Assembly (NCBI GenBank): GCA_951812955.1
Contig: OX638340.1
Span: 1,664,001-1,728,000 of the forward strand
Origin: an uncultured Gemmatimonadota bacterium
GTDB taxonomy: Bacteria > JAAXHH01
Direction of reading: 5' to 3'
DNA length: 64,000 nucleotides
Made by a program: the position numbers and the translations under genes. The notes beneath the pieces were generated by a model. It was given only the letters and a program-made list of their open reading frames with translations. It was not told where the DNA came from and searched no databases. Position 1 is the first letter of the stretch. The number at the start of each line of letters is the position of its first letter. This document shows positions 48,496-57,740 of the stretch, piece by piece.

Positions 48496-48688
48496 TCTGA
48501 AGGGCCTTTCATTATTCGGGTTCCCGTGGCGTTAAGTCCATCTCAGAAATTACTCATTCTATTTACCGGGTTCGGACCGGATCTGTCAAGGTCATTGTAC
48601 CGCCTCGTAGGATTTACCTTATACTTCATATTTTCAATTATTTAGAGCCATAACTACTGTGCTCCGGCATTTGCTTTTCTTTATATGT

Positions 48689-50518
48689 TTAACACAGTTT
48701 TTTCAACTCGTGCTTTTTCGTGAAATAGACTCCATCCCTGTCCATCGGGCCGGTATTCTGGAAGGCGGCCGGTTCTTGGTGAACCGTGGTCACTACGCCG
48801 GCATCGGGATCGAAACGGTAGAAGCAGCCGGTTGTGAATCCGTAAACGCCGCCATCCGGTCCGACCTGAACTCCGCCGTCGAGAGCCCGCCCGCCGGGCA
48901 GCGTAACGAGATGGGCAAACCTGCGGCCGGCCGGATCGAAAACGAATATGAGTGATTCCGTTCCTGAATGGACCGTCCCGCACAGCAGGTCGCCATCAAT
49001 GACCGCCAGTGCGTTAACCGACGTAACCGCAACTGGAAGCCGGCCTTCCCACACCTTTTCCTCCGCCGCGCAGTCCCATAGGAACAACGATGCCTGGTCT
49101 ACCCGGGGCTGCGTTCCCGAACCACCCTGAATCGTCGTCCCGACGGCCAGGAGACCATAGGATTCCAGCCATGCCAGCGCCCAGCAACTGGCTTCCCCGG
49201 CAATATCCCGATAGGATCCGAATTCCTCGGTGGCCGGATCGTACCAGGACAGCGGCCCGCCCCACATGCCGTAGTCCGGTACGGAGGCCGTCCACACACG
49301 GCCCAGGGGACCGGCGACCATGGAGCGTGGACGATAGGAGATCTCGTCCATTCGGCCGAGTTCACGGGGGTTGCTGTCGGCTTCATTGCCGAAGTCATAG
49401 GGCCGGGATGGATCGTAAACGGACAGATTGGCGCCGGGATAGGAGCAGATGTAGAGCTTTCCGTCCATGTTGGCCATGGAATAGGCTTCGCCGGCCGCGG
49501 TAGTGCACATGCCCAGGTCGTCCATGGCCTGCGAAGAAGGATCGAAACGAAACAGGTGCAAGGGCAGAATGCTCGAGCCGTAGATTTTGTCGTCGGGGCC
49601 GCGATGCACCAGGAAGATCTCGCTGCCCGCGGACTCGTAGGTAACAGGAATCGTACGCGTCGTACCTGAATCCGGATGGGTAATGGCCAATTCGTGAAAC
49701 ATCTGCGTCGCCCGGTCCGCGAAGTCAGCCGTGGAACCGTCGGACAGGGCCGGGGGCGGCGCCGGGGCGGGAAGGTCATCCACAGGCTCTGCTTCGAAAC
49801 CGTCCAGTTTGAAATCTCCCCCGGTCGACCGGATGTAGAGTTGACCGTCGGCAGCCCGGTACAGCGTTAGAGACCCGCCATCCTCCGTGACCACTACGGG
49901 TCCCACGGTCCTGCGCACGCCCGACTCCGGATGGTAGACTACCACGTGCGGGCGGGTCACCCTGATGTAGCATGCGATCGTGCCGCCGGCGCCGACGTAG
50001 GGATAACAGTACATGTCGGTCTCGTCCATCCGTCCGTGCCGGACGAACTCACCGGTCGCCGGATCGTAGCTCGTCAGGCCGGCCGATCCGTAGCAACCGA
50101 TCCAGATTACGCCGTTGTCGTCCTCGTCCATGTTGCAGGGGAAGGTGTCGTCTGGCAGATTAATGGCTCCGAGGTCATCCAGTTGCTCAGATGCCGGATC
50201 GTACCTATACAGGTGCCCGGCATAGGCCGCGCCAATGTAGACGCGGCCGTCGCGGGTGCGGAGGGCGCCTGTGGGGAAATTGGCTGTGGGATCGGTCGAG
50301 GTCGCCTGGGACGTCGCGCCGGTGACGGGGTCGATTTTAACGACAGTGAATCCCGCCGCCTGCTGTCCCATAACGGCAACCAGGCAGTCCCGGCCTTCAC
50401 CGTCCATGGTGGGGAAGACGCGGACCCAGTTGACGCTGCGGACCGGAATACCAATGGTCTGGATCGATGTGATGGTATTATCCTTTCTGGTTTTCTTTGC
50501 GGTCACGGCGCGCTTCAT
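48689..50518 (-). CDS. hypothetical beta-propeller repeat protein
   Basis: Repeated YDP / G-x-x-Y-x-x-D blades. No catalytic motif recognised. Start uncertain: M1 overlaps the upstream gene by 41 nt, and ATG 50407 is an alternative. Confidence 0.5.
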   Translation of the reverse strand: MKRAVTAKKTRKDNTITSIQTIGIPVRSVNWVRVFPTMDGEGRDCLVAVMGQQAAGFTVVKIDPVTGATSQATSTDPTANFPTGALRTRDGRVYIGAAYAGHLYRYDPASEQLDDLGAINLPDDTFPCNMDEDDNGVIWIGCYGSAGLTSYDPATGEFVRHGRMDETDMYCYPYVGAGGTIACYIRVTRPHVVVYHPESGVRRTVGPVVVTEDGGSLTLYRAADGQLYIRSTGGDFKLDGFEAEPVDDLPAPAPPPALSDGSTADFADRATQMFHELAITHPDSGTTRTIPVTYESAGSEIFLVHRGPDDKIYGSSILPLHLFRFDPSSQAMDDLGMCTTAAGEAYSMANMDGKLYICSYPGANLSVYDPSRPYDFGNEADSNPRELGRMDEISYRPRSMVAGPLGRVWTASVPDYGMWGGPLSWYDPATEEFGSYRDIAGEASCWALAWLESYGLLAVGTTIQGGSGTQPRVDQASLFLWDCAAEEKVWEGRLPVAVTSVNALAVIDGDLLCGTVHSGTESLIFVFDPAGRRFAHLVTLPGGRALDGGVQVGPDGGVYGFTTGCFYRFDPDAGVVTTVHQEPAAFQNTGPMDRDGVYFTKKHELKKLC

Positions 50519-51380
50519 CCGCGAATATGGCCACCGTTTCTTCCAGGGTGCGGTTGCGGTCCACGGTCTCGGGCCGTTCGTGGCCGATGGGACTTTCGGC
50601 TATGAGGCGGAAAATGTGTTCCGCGCCTTCGTGAAAACCGGGCGATACCCCGGCCTGGTCGTAGGTAGCCGCGATCTCCTGCATTTCGCCGATCCAGCGA
50701 AAGGCCTTGGCCGATAGGCTACGGACACCATCCATCGCCTTGAGCCGATGTGACTGGCTTTCGGAGAATTCCGCCAGCAGTTCCTCACCCAGACCCATGA
50801 CCTCCGCCGCGGTCAGCGCGGCGGCATGGAGGGCGGATGTCCCCTTGGTGACCGAGGCGTAGCACATCTTTATACCCGACGCCCTGCCCACCTCACCGCC
50901 CAGCGTCCGGACGAGGATGCCGTGACCGTCGAGTCGGGAAAGGACTTTTTCGTGGGGACCCGAAGCATAGAAACGGGTCTTTTCGCGGCCGCCCGGGGGC
51001 CCACCGATGATGCCCGCGTCTATGAAGCGCCCTCCAGCGCCGGTGATGACCATGTCGATCTCTCTCACCGAATCCGGCGAGATGGCGTTGCAGTCGGCGT
51101 AGGCCGGCGTGGATCCGGTCCGCTTCAATACGTCCGCCACCTGAAGGGCAAGCGCGTGGGCCTGGTCAGGTACCAGGATGGCGAGGATCAGATCGGATTC
51201 CCGTACCAGTTCATCCAGGTCCGGCACGTCCCGGATACCCGCGGCCGCAGTCAGCGTACGGGTCCTTTCGCTCCGGCCCGCCAGACAGGTGGCCACGTCA
51301 AATCCGCCCGCAATGAGGCATCGCCCCACGGAATGGCCCATCTCCCCGGGGCTCAGTATGGCGATTCGGTGCGTTTTCAT
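50478..51380 (-). CDS. NAD(P)-binding oxidoreductase (6-phosphogluconate-dehydrogenase-like N-terminal domain)
   Basis: Rossmann motif IAILSPGEMGHSVG and a 3-hydroxyisobutyrate-dehydrogenase-like fold. Confidence 0.6.
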   Translation of the reverse strand: MKTHRIAILSPGEMGHSVGRCLIAGGFDVATCLAGRSERTRTLTAAAGIRDVPDLDELVRESDLILAILVPDQAHALALQVADVLKRTGSTPAYADCNAISPDSVREIDMVITGAGGRFIDAGIIGGPPGGREKTRFYASGPHEKVLSRLDGHGILVRTLGGEVGRASGIKMCYASVTKGTSALHAAALTAAEVMGLGEELLAEFSESQSHRLKAMDGVRSLSAKAFRWIGEMQEIAATYDQAGVSPGFHEGAEHIFRLIAESPIGHERPETVDRNRTLEETVAIFADEARRDRKENQKG

Positions 51381-51400
51381 CCTCGTCTCCCTGCCGGGTG

Positions 51401-52017
51401 TCAGGTCTGGGTCCGTCTGGCCACCATGCGCCGGATCACGCGGTGGCCTTCATCGATGTCTTCTTCGTGCAGCACGGAGAATCGGCCGGCGGGCAGGCGG
51501 TCGGCCGGTTCACCTTCTTTGATACACCAGTCCGGATTCTGCGAAGCCCGGTAGCGCAGATGGTCGAGCGTAAAGCCCTGCCACGCGATGAGCCCGCCAT
51601 CAGCGACCACGGGCCAGGCGTAGTCGAAGACCGCCTGCTCCCAGTACATCACGCAGATTACGAGCGCGAATTTACGATCAGCGGGCGGACGCCAGGCATT
51701 CAGGTCCGCTTCCACACAGGTCAGCCGGGTCCCAAGGCCCTGCTCCGCGGCCTCCGTACGAAGCCGGTCCAGGGCCACGTTCGATATGTCGACGGCAAGC
51801 ACCTCGCGTCCGGCCCCGACCTGGGCCAGTGCCTGGGCTGACATGCCGCACGCGAGTTCCAATACGGGTCCTTCCGGATATCCCAGCTTGGCCGCCTGTT
51901 CGTACAGCGGGCATGATTCTCGCGGCGCCAGGCGCTTCGGCTCCCGGTATCGCGCGTTCCACTTCAGCCGGTCGGGATGGTCTTCGAAGGGTTGCGTGCG
52001 GGGCTCCGTGTTATTCA
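51401..52017 (-). CDS. class I SAM-dependent methyltransferase
   Basis: Motif I VLELACG and post-I DIS. The listed ORF to 52300 overlaps the upstream gene. Start set at the in-frame TTG 52017, just after that gene's stop; the start is uncertain. Confidence 0.55.
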
Positions 52018-52068
52018 AAACGAAAATGCTTCCGTTTGCTGATCGAACCGGGACAACTACGAAGGAAT

Positions 52069-53103
52069 CTACCGTGCCTGAACTTCCTGCGCCACGACGA
52101 GAATGTGGCTGCCCTGCCTGACCGGCTGGCGGAAAGACTGCGACAGAACATAGCCGTCCACGCCCGCGCGCACCGGCCAGGGCGGGTCGTCCATGCGATA
52201 GAAATCGTGCAGGTTGCCCACGACCTGTCCCGCTTTCACGAGGTCGCCGCAGGCCATCAGTGGTTCGTAGTGTCCTGGAAAGGGCGCAGGTACGTAACAT
52301 TCCCGGTCGATAATCGCGGTTAGTTTCTGGGTGCCGTCGGCGTGGTGGGCGATGGGCCGGATATCCCCGACAAGCTGGCCGTGATGAATGGCCGCGGCGC
52401 GTATGCCGTGCCGCGCGTACCGCACGCCGTCGGGATTGACCGATTCGCCCCAGCCCAGTTCCGTTCCGATCGTGATCTTTCCCAGCCTTTCCGCCTCGCT
52501 GACCATCAGCCCAGGGGTCTCGTTCTGGTACACCATAATGAAGGGCGTACCGAACCAGCGGGCCGTGTCTTCGATGACGGCCGACTGGTCAGGATCATCC
52601 ACTTCGTGAAAACTCGAGCACTGTGCAAAGTCGAGTTCGGCGCCACCGGAATGGATGTCCGTCACGACGTGCACACGGGGCCATAGATATTCCCGTACGA
52701 AACGGGCGATACGGTGCGTGATGCCCGCGAGGGCCGGCGACGTCCCTGCGCCGTCCACGAAAGCCCGGTTCAGGTTAACCCCGTCATCTGCGTCGCTTGC
52801 CCGCCGGCCCACGTGGAACGCCCCGGGGTTGAGCACGGGGATGAGGATCAGCCGGCCCCTTACCGCCTCCAGCTCGATCTCCTGAAGCAGTCCCTTGATC
52901 GCGACCGGTCCTTCGTATTCGTTACCGTGATTGGACCCGCTGGCCATGAGCCCCTGGCCTTCTCGGGCGTCGGGCCCTACCAGGACCGTTAAGGGGATGA
53001 GATGATCCGCCCAGAGCGAATCGTGTTCCAGGGCGACCCAGTAGTCCCTGCGCCCCGGGGAATCGAGATCGAGCCTGTCGGGTCGTACCACTTCACGGGG
53101 CAT
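52069..53103 (-). CDS. succinylglutamate desuccinylase / aspartoacylase (AstE/AspA) family zinc hydrolase
   Basis: Zn-binding HGNE motif (GSNHGNEYEG) and DIHSGG. First ATG at 53103. Confidence 0.75.
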   Translation of the reverse strand: MPREVVRPDRLDLDSPGRRDYWVALEHDSLWADHLIPLTVLVGPDAREGQGLMASGSNHGNEYEGPVAIKGLLQEIELEAVRGRLILIPVLNPGAFHVGRRASDADDGVNLNRAFVDGAGTSPALAGITHRIARFVREYLWPRVHVVTDIHSGGAELDFAQCSSFHEVDDPDQSAVIEDTARWFGTPFIMVYQNETPGLMVSEAERLGKITIGTELGWGESVNPDGVRYARHGIRAAAIHHGQLVGDIRPIAHHADGTQKLTAIIDRECYVPAPFPGHYEPLMACGDLVKAGQVVGNLHDFYRMDDPPWPVRAGVDGYVLSQSFRQPVRQGSHILVVAQEVQAR

Positions 53104-53184
53104 GCCGGTCTCCAAAATCTACGGGTTTATCGTGCAACAAGAGTCAGAACGAATGGCCAGGCATGGCACAGATTACTCGCGCCC

Positions 53185-53336
53185 CACCGAGACGCCGAGC
53201 AATCCGCGATCATCGCGCCCCACACCGAATTGCCGAGCAGTCCGCGATCATCGCGCGTCACACCGAAACGCCGAGCAGTCCGCGGCCACCGCGCGTCACA
53301 CCGAGACGCCGAGCAGTCCGCGAGTAATTTGGAAAT
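53185..53336. repeat. 38-bp tandem repeat x4. The 3'-most copy on the minus strand encodes the C-terminus of the UxaA-like gene; the other three lie just past its stop.
   Basis: Seen directly: units at 53185-53222, 53223-53260, 53261-53298 and 53299-53336 (CACCGAGACGCCGAGCAGTCCGCG…). The stop of the 53296..56037 gene is the last triplet of copy 3. Confidence 0.8.
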
Positions 53337-56037
53337 CCGTGTTGCCGAGGGCCTCGGCCCGGGGCGTATGAATACTGGCGGCCGTGCGTCGGATCAGGTC
53401 CAGGATGTCTTTCCGCTGTGCCTCCGGTCCACCTTCCAGGATGTGGTCCACGTCTTCGCGGAAAGGTCCGGGCAGGTCCTCCGCACCGACCAGGAGTACT
53501 GGAATCATGGGATGGCCGGGCAGTGGATGGCTGCCGACCCCAGCGACGACCAGCTCCACGCCGGAAGCGCCCAGCCCGGTCATGGTCTCCACCCAGTGCG
53601 TAGTCTGTGACTCCATGACGTGCAGCCCGGGCACGGTAAAAGGTTCGCCATAGGCCAAAGTAGGCTTTGCCGGTCCGTCCGCCAGGTGACGCACGAAGGA
53701 CGGATGACCAAGCAACGCCGAGTTGTCCGGCACGACGACCGTTCCACCCTCGCTTACGACATCGAGGATCAGCCGTGAAAGCGCTTCGGAAAGGTCATCG
53801 GAGAGCGGATCGGCCGCGGACACACCCAGCCTGAGATCGGACAGACCGGTATTGCCCGCGACAGGACCATCGCAATCTTCCAGGGTCTCGGCGAACCAGG
53901 TTTCGATGCGATCGATTGCCTTTTCGATACCGCCATCGAGCTGTACGCTGGCCCAGCCGAATCCCGCTGGATCTATGCCGCGGTCCAGCAACTGCTGCCG
54001 ATAGAAGTCGTTGTGCGTGCGTTCGCAGCCATGCTCCAGAAGCAGGGCGGCCCCCGTCATCGGGTGGGTCAGGTAGCCGGTCATGGTGCGGATGTACATC
54101 TCCTCCGACACGCCGCCCGATACGCCGCACCCCTCGGTGTGTACCAGGGTGACGAATCGGGATATGCCGGCCCCGCACCCAACACCTTTCGCACTCAGCC
54201 GCTCCGCGGCCATCCGGGCGATCTGTCCGGAGCACAGGCTGGTGGGTAGAATCAGGCCGACGCGGTCTGTGGCGAGGTTTCCGTTCACTTCGTACATGGG
54301 CAGTTCGAAAGGCGGTGGAGGCGTCGACGCCTCGTTCGAGCGGACCGCCAGCGGTTCTCCCATCGGCGCTGGCCTGTCGCGGAGGACCTGCAGCCGACTC
54401 CCGTCTGTCTGGCGCCAGTCGCGCCAGATCTGGGTCTGGCTGTGACCCGCCTTTTCGCCGCGGGTCAGTTCGCCCGAGGCCGTTCGCAATGTCAGGTCAA
54501 GAGTCCTTCGTCCCAGTTCGTCCATGGATTCGCCGTCCAGGTAGGCGCCGGCGTTGACGTCCATTTCGCCCGAAAGCATTTCGTACCGTTTCGTAGTCGT
54601 CACGATTTTGATCGTAGGGACAAAAGGAAAGTTGGTGATGGATCCGTTGCCGGTTATGAAGAAGATGACATTGCCGCCGGACGCTACCTGGCCGGCGATA
54701 GCTTCCAGGTCGTTGCCGGGACTGTCCATGAAGTAGTACCCCGGCTCCTTCATCGGTACCGCGTAGTCGATGGCGTAGTCGAGTCGTACGTCGGGGTGGC
54801 GCTTCCGGGCCGCGCCGATGGATTTGAGCACGATGTTGTAAATCCCCCTGAGCTTGTTGCCCCCGGAGGGGTTGGCATCCACCGACTGGCCATGCCACGC
54901 CGTTCGCTCCTGGAAACGCTCGATCATGTGGAGGAACGTGCGGGCCGTCTCGATATCCCGGACATTCTGCAGCACATAGGGTTCGCCGCCGATGAGCTCG
55001 TCAGTTTCGGCAAGACTGGCCTTGCCTCCGAAGCGGATGATCTCCCGTGCGACGAGCGCGGCCAGCGGATTGCCCGATATGCCCGAAAACGAATCCGAAC
55101 CACCGCACTGAAGCACGATGTTGAGATGGGACGCGGAAGCCGGCATCCGTGCGACGCGGTTAACCGTCTCGAACCAGCCGGTGACGAACCTCGCACTACG
55201 CTCAAGTTCCTCGTCAAATCCGCCTTTGAGCGTTTCAAAACGGTGCAGCACCTCGTTCAGCGGATAGCCGTTAAGCCGCATGTAGTTTTCCAGCATCCGG
55301 TCCGTCACGATTTCTGTTCCGCGGTCCACCGCGTAGACCGCACCCACATTGGGATGGACCATGAAGCCCGCCAGCGTCCGCAGCACCAGTTCCCGGTTAT
55401 TGGGGTCCACCCCGGCGCCGCCCTCGGTATGTGCCACGGCCACGACGCCATCTATATTCGGATACCGTTCCACCTTTTCCTTCAGTCTGGATTCCAGCCG
55501 CCGCACGAATCCTGCCGTCTGCGACGTAATGCCCAGGAGGACGATGAAGTTCCGGGTTCCGACGCCCCGCGCCTTCCCTCTGTCATATCCATCGAAGGTC
55601 GGAGGCTTGTCGCTGACAGGAATCTGCTCGCCCGGTGTGAAGGTGGATTCGTCCAGCTCGTAGGGTACCACGCGGTCTTCGAAGTTCGGCTGATCCGGGA
55701 GGGCGAAATCTACCTGCCGTACGCGGAGGGCGTTGAGAATGTCGCCGTTGCAGATGTAATCGCCCGGCGCGATGTCCCGGGTCGCCCGTCCGAAAGGCTG
55801 TCCCCAGGACAGGACGTACTCCCCGGCAGGTATGGCCCGGATGGCGAAACGATGCCCTTCCAGCAGTGAATGGGCGACGGAAAAGGAGTTGCCGGTTTCG
55901 TTGGCAACGCGCGTGCCGGCCTCCAGCCTTCGGGACACGATGGCCACGTTGTCGCCGGGTTCGGCAAGGCGCGCAATGTCTTTCAGGCGGCAGACGGACA
56001 CGATGCCAGGATCCTTGCTGTTAGCATATCTAACCAT
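53296..56037 (-). CDS. UxaA-family (altronate/galactarate dehydratase-like) protein, extended to 913 aa
   Basis: N-terminal SAF domain (VCRLKDIARLAEPGDNVAIV) plus a dehydratase large-domain motif. Roughly twice the usual length; the C-terminal half is Cys-rich. Confidence 0.65.
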   Translation of the reverse strand: MVRYANSKDPGIVSVCRLKDIARLAEPGDNVAIVSRRLEAGTRVANETGNSFSVAHSLLEGHRFAIRAIPAGEYVLSWGQPFGRATRDIAPGDYICNGDILNALRVRQVDFALPDQPNFEDRVVPYELDESTFTPGEQIPVSDKPPTFDGYDRGKARGVGTRNFIVLLGITSQTAGFVRRLESRLKEKVERYPNIDGVVAVAHTEGGAGVDPNNRELVLRTLAGFMVHPNVGAVYAVDRGTEIVTDRMLENYMRLNGYPLNEVLHRFETLKGGFDEELERSARFVTGWFETVNRVARMPASASHLNIVLQCGGSDSFSGISGNPLAALVAREIIRFGGKASLAETDELIGGEPYVLQNVRDIETARTFLHMIERFQERTAWHGQSVDANPSGGNKLRGIYNIVLKSIGAARKRHPDVRLDYAIDYAVPMKEPGYYFMDSPGNDLEAIAGQVASGGNVIFFITGNGSITNFPFVPTIKIVTTTKRYEMLSGEMDVNAGAYLDGESMDELGRRTLDLTLRTASGELTRGEKAGHSQTQIWRDWRQTDGSRLQVLRDRPAPMGEPLAVRSNEASTPPPPFELPMYEVNGNLATDRVGLILPTSLCSGQIARMAAERLSAKGVGCGAGISRFVTLVHTEGCGVSGGVSEEMYIRTMTGYLTHPMTGAALLLEHGCERTHNDFYRQQLLDRGIDPAGFGWASVQLDGGIEKAIDRIETWFAETLEDCDGPVAGNTGLSDLRLGVSAADPLSDDLSEALSRLILDVVSEGGTVVVPDNSALLGHPSFVRHLADGPAKPTLAYGEPFTVPGLHVMESQTTHWVETMTGLGASGVELVVAGVGSHPLPGHPMIPVLLVGAEDLPGPFREDVDHILEGGPEAQRKDILDLIRRTAASIHTPRAEALGNTDFQITRGLLGVSV

Positions 56038-56083
56038 TTCCTACGCAATTAAATCGACGGAAGAATAAACTATAGAAACAAGA

Positions 56084-57334
56084 CTACGTATCTTTGGAGA
56101 GCATCAACTGGATTTTGGGATGGAGATGGCTAACAAGCCTATTCAAGTGATCCCTCATCCAGGAAACAGCGTTCTCGAAATCCGGGGTTTCCCCTTCTTG
56201 TGACAGAAACGACATATCACAGTCCAGATAAAACCCAATTCTTGGTCTATCGGCCGTGTTGTACCACTGGTCGAGGTTATTACCAAGTACTTTTTTAAGA
56301 TCCTCAAACGAGGCATTGATTTCTTCAAAGATCCTGACTTCTCGAGTCTGGTTTTTACGAACTGTAAGATAGCATCCGATTGCCCCGTTTTGTCGGTACA
56401 GATAACCCACAAAACTCAATGCCCAACCGTTGAATGATGAATTCTTTACTGGTAAATATAGAGTTGGATCTTTAGGTGGTTTGGGCCATAACTCAGTCAG
56501 TGAATCTATGGTTGAATCCGAAAACGAGAAATCTTTCAAAACTGCATTCCAAAATCGCAGGTTTTCCTTTTCATATGGTGATTCTTGATAATCATCATCA
56601 CTAGATTCGTCCAGGTCTGCAGGTACGACAGCTCCATTATCACTCTCAATTACGAAACGTCGTACGATTTCAGTACGCGCAAGTACACGAGGATGAACAA
56701 ACAGATTGTGGGCTTTATCGCGGTAAAGGGCCGCTTCCACTAGTGCCAGGTTGAAGTGTAATCCACTGTGGCGCTGTACGAAATCTACTATGTTTTCCAC
56801 ACCTTCCCGAATACCATCGCCAACTATCAATAGTAGGAATTCCCCGCGTTTCAGGTGACGTGAGACATTGTCAACGAATTCAGCTTCATTCAGGTTTGAT
56901 TTTTCTTTACGCACTTTTACGTAGAGAACATTCCCATTCATGCCGGTATTCAGAGATACTTCACGTTGCAAATCTTCGTAATCCCACGAAGCTACTTCCT
57001 TCGTGTAGTCGAGTATTTGGCCAATAACCTCTCGCCGTGCCTGCTGGTTACGCCAGAGTTTGAACTCAACTAGTACAAGTTTTCCTAAGTGGTTTGCGTA
57101 TAACGCGTCTAAGTATCCAGCATTAGTATTCAACTCTCGACAGATTGGAACTAATCCTTCGTATGCAGGATCGATGGCTGTTATTGGTAGAGCTTGTGGA
57201 TGACAAAAAAGAAGCTTTTGTAGCTTTTCTTCGTAAATGCTCCCGTCAGATACTCCAGTATCAAGTGGGACACGAGTTACAACTTCTGGATCTTCGTCTT
57301 CGACATTATTCACAATGATCAGTTTATCTGACAT
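56084..57334 (-). CDS. hypothetical protein with a PD-(D/E)xK-like nuclease motif, in an AT-rich islet
   Basis: ORF GC is ~40%. The block D-x11-LVLVEFK (…YLDALYANHLGKLVLVEFKLW…) resembles restriction-endonuclease-fold motifs II/III. No other domain recognised. Confidence 0.45.
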   Translation of the reverse strand: MSDKLIIVNNVEDEDPEVVTRVPLDTGVSDGSIYEEKLQKLLFCHPQALPITAIDPAYEGLVPICRELNTNAGYLDALYANHLGKLVLVEFKLWRNQQARREVIGQILDYTKEVASWDYEDLQREVSLNTGMNGNVLYVKVRKEKSNLNEAEFVDNVSRHLKRGEFLLLIVGDGIREGVENIVDFVQRHSGLHFNLALVEAALYRDKAHNLFVHPRVLARTEIVRRFVIESDNGAVVPADLDESSDDDYQESPYEKENLRFWNAVLKDFSFSDSTIDSLTELWPKPPKDPTLYLPVKNSSFNGWALSFVGYLYRQNGAIGCYLTVRKNQTREVRIFEEINASFEDLKKVLGNNLDQWYNTADRPRIGFYLDCDMSFLSQEGETPDFENAVSWMRDHLNRLVSHLHPKIQLMLSKDT

Positions 57335-57601
57335 TTACACACTCCAAATTTTGTCACGATTACAGATCCTGATACTTCCTTGCGCCAAAAGTATCTGAAG
57401 TAGATTTCAAATTTCGACACTTTCAGGCCATTCTTGTATTGAGAACGTAATTGATGAAATCCTCGATTCCCGGACTGGCAAGGTACCACTCGCCCCGACT
57501 CCGTGTCAAAGGTAATTCGGCGGCCGCCGATCCGCCCGCCGGATGCCGCGAGCGGCACAGTTGACGCTGCGGCCGAACGGTGTACATTGTCTTCCGGACT
57601 T

Positions 57602-57687
57602 GGTTCGTCTCACGGGCCGGACGCGGTTTCGTCTCACGGACCATTCACGGTTTCATCTCAATCGACGGTCGCGGTTTCATCCAGCGG
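57602..57687 (+). promoter_or_regulatory. four iteron-like direct repeats (GGTTTC[G/A]TCTCA…) with ~23-bp period, upstream of the dimethylformamidase-like gene
   Basis: Seen at 57602, 57625, 57648 and 57673. They lie 55-140 nt upstream of ATG 57741. Confidence 0.45.
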
Positions 57688-57740
57688 AACCCCTCGCTTC
57701 CAGATTCCGATCCAGAACATCCGCCAGCCGGAGGTCCAAA

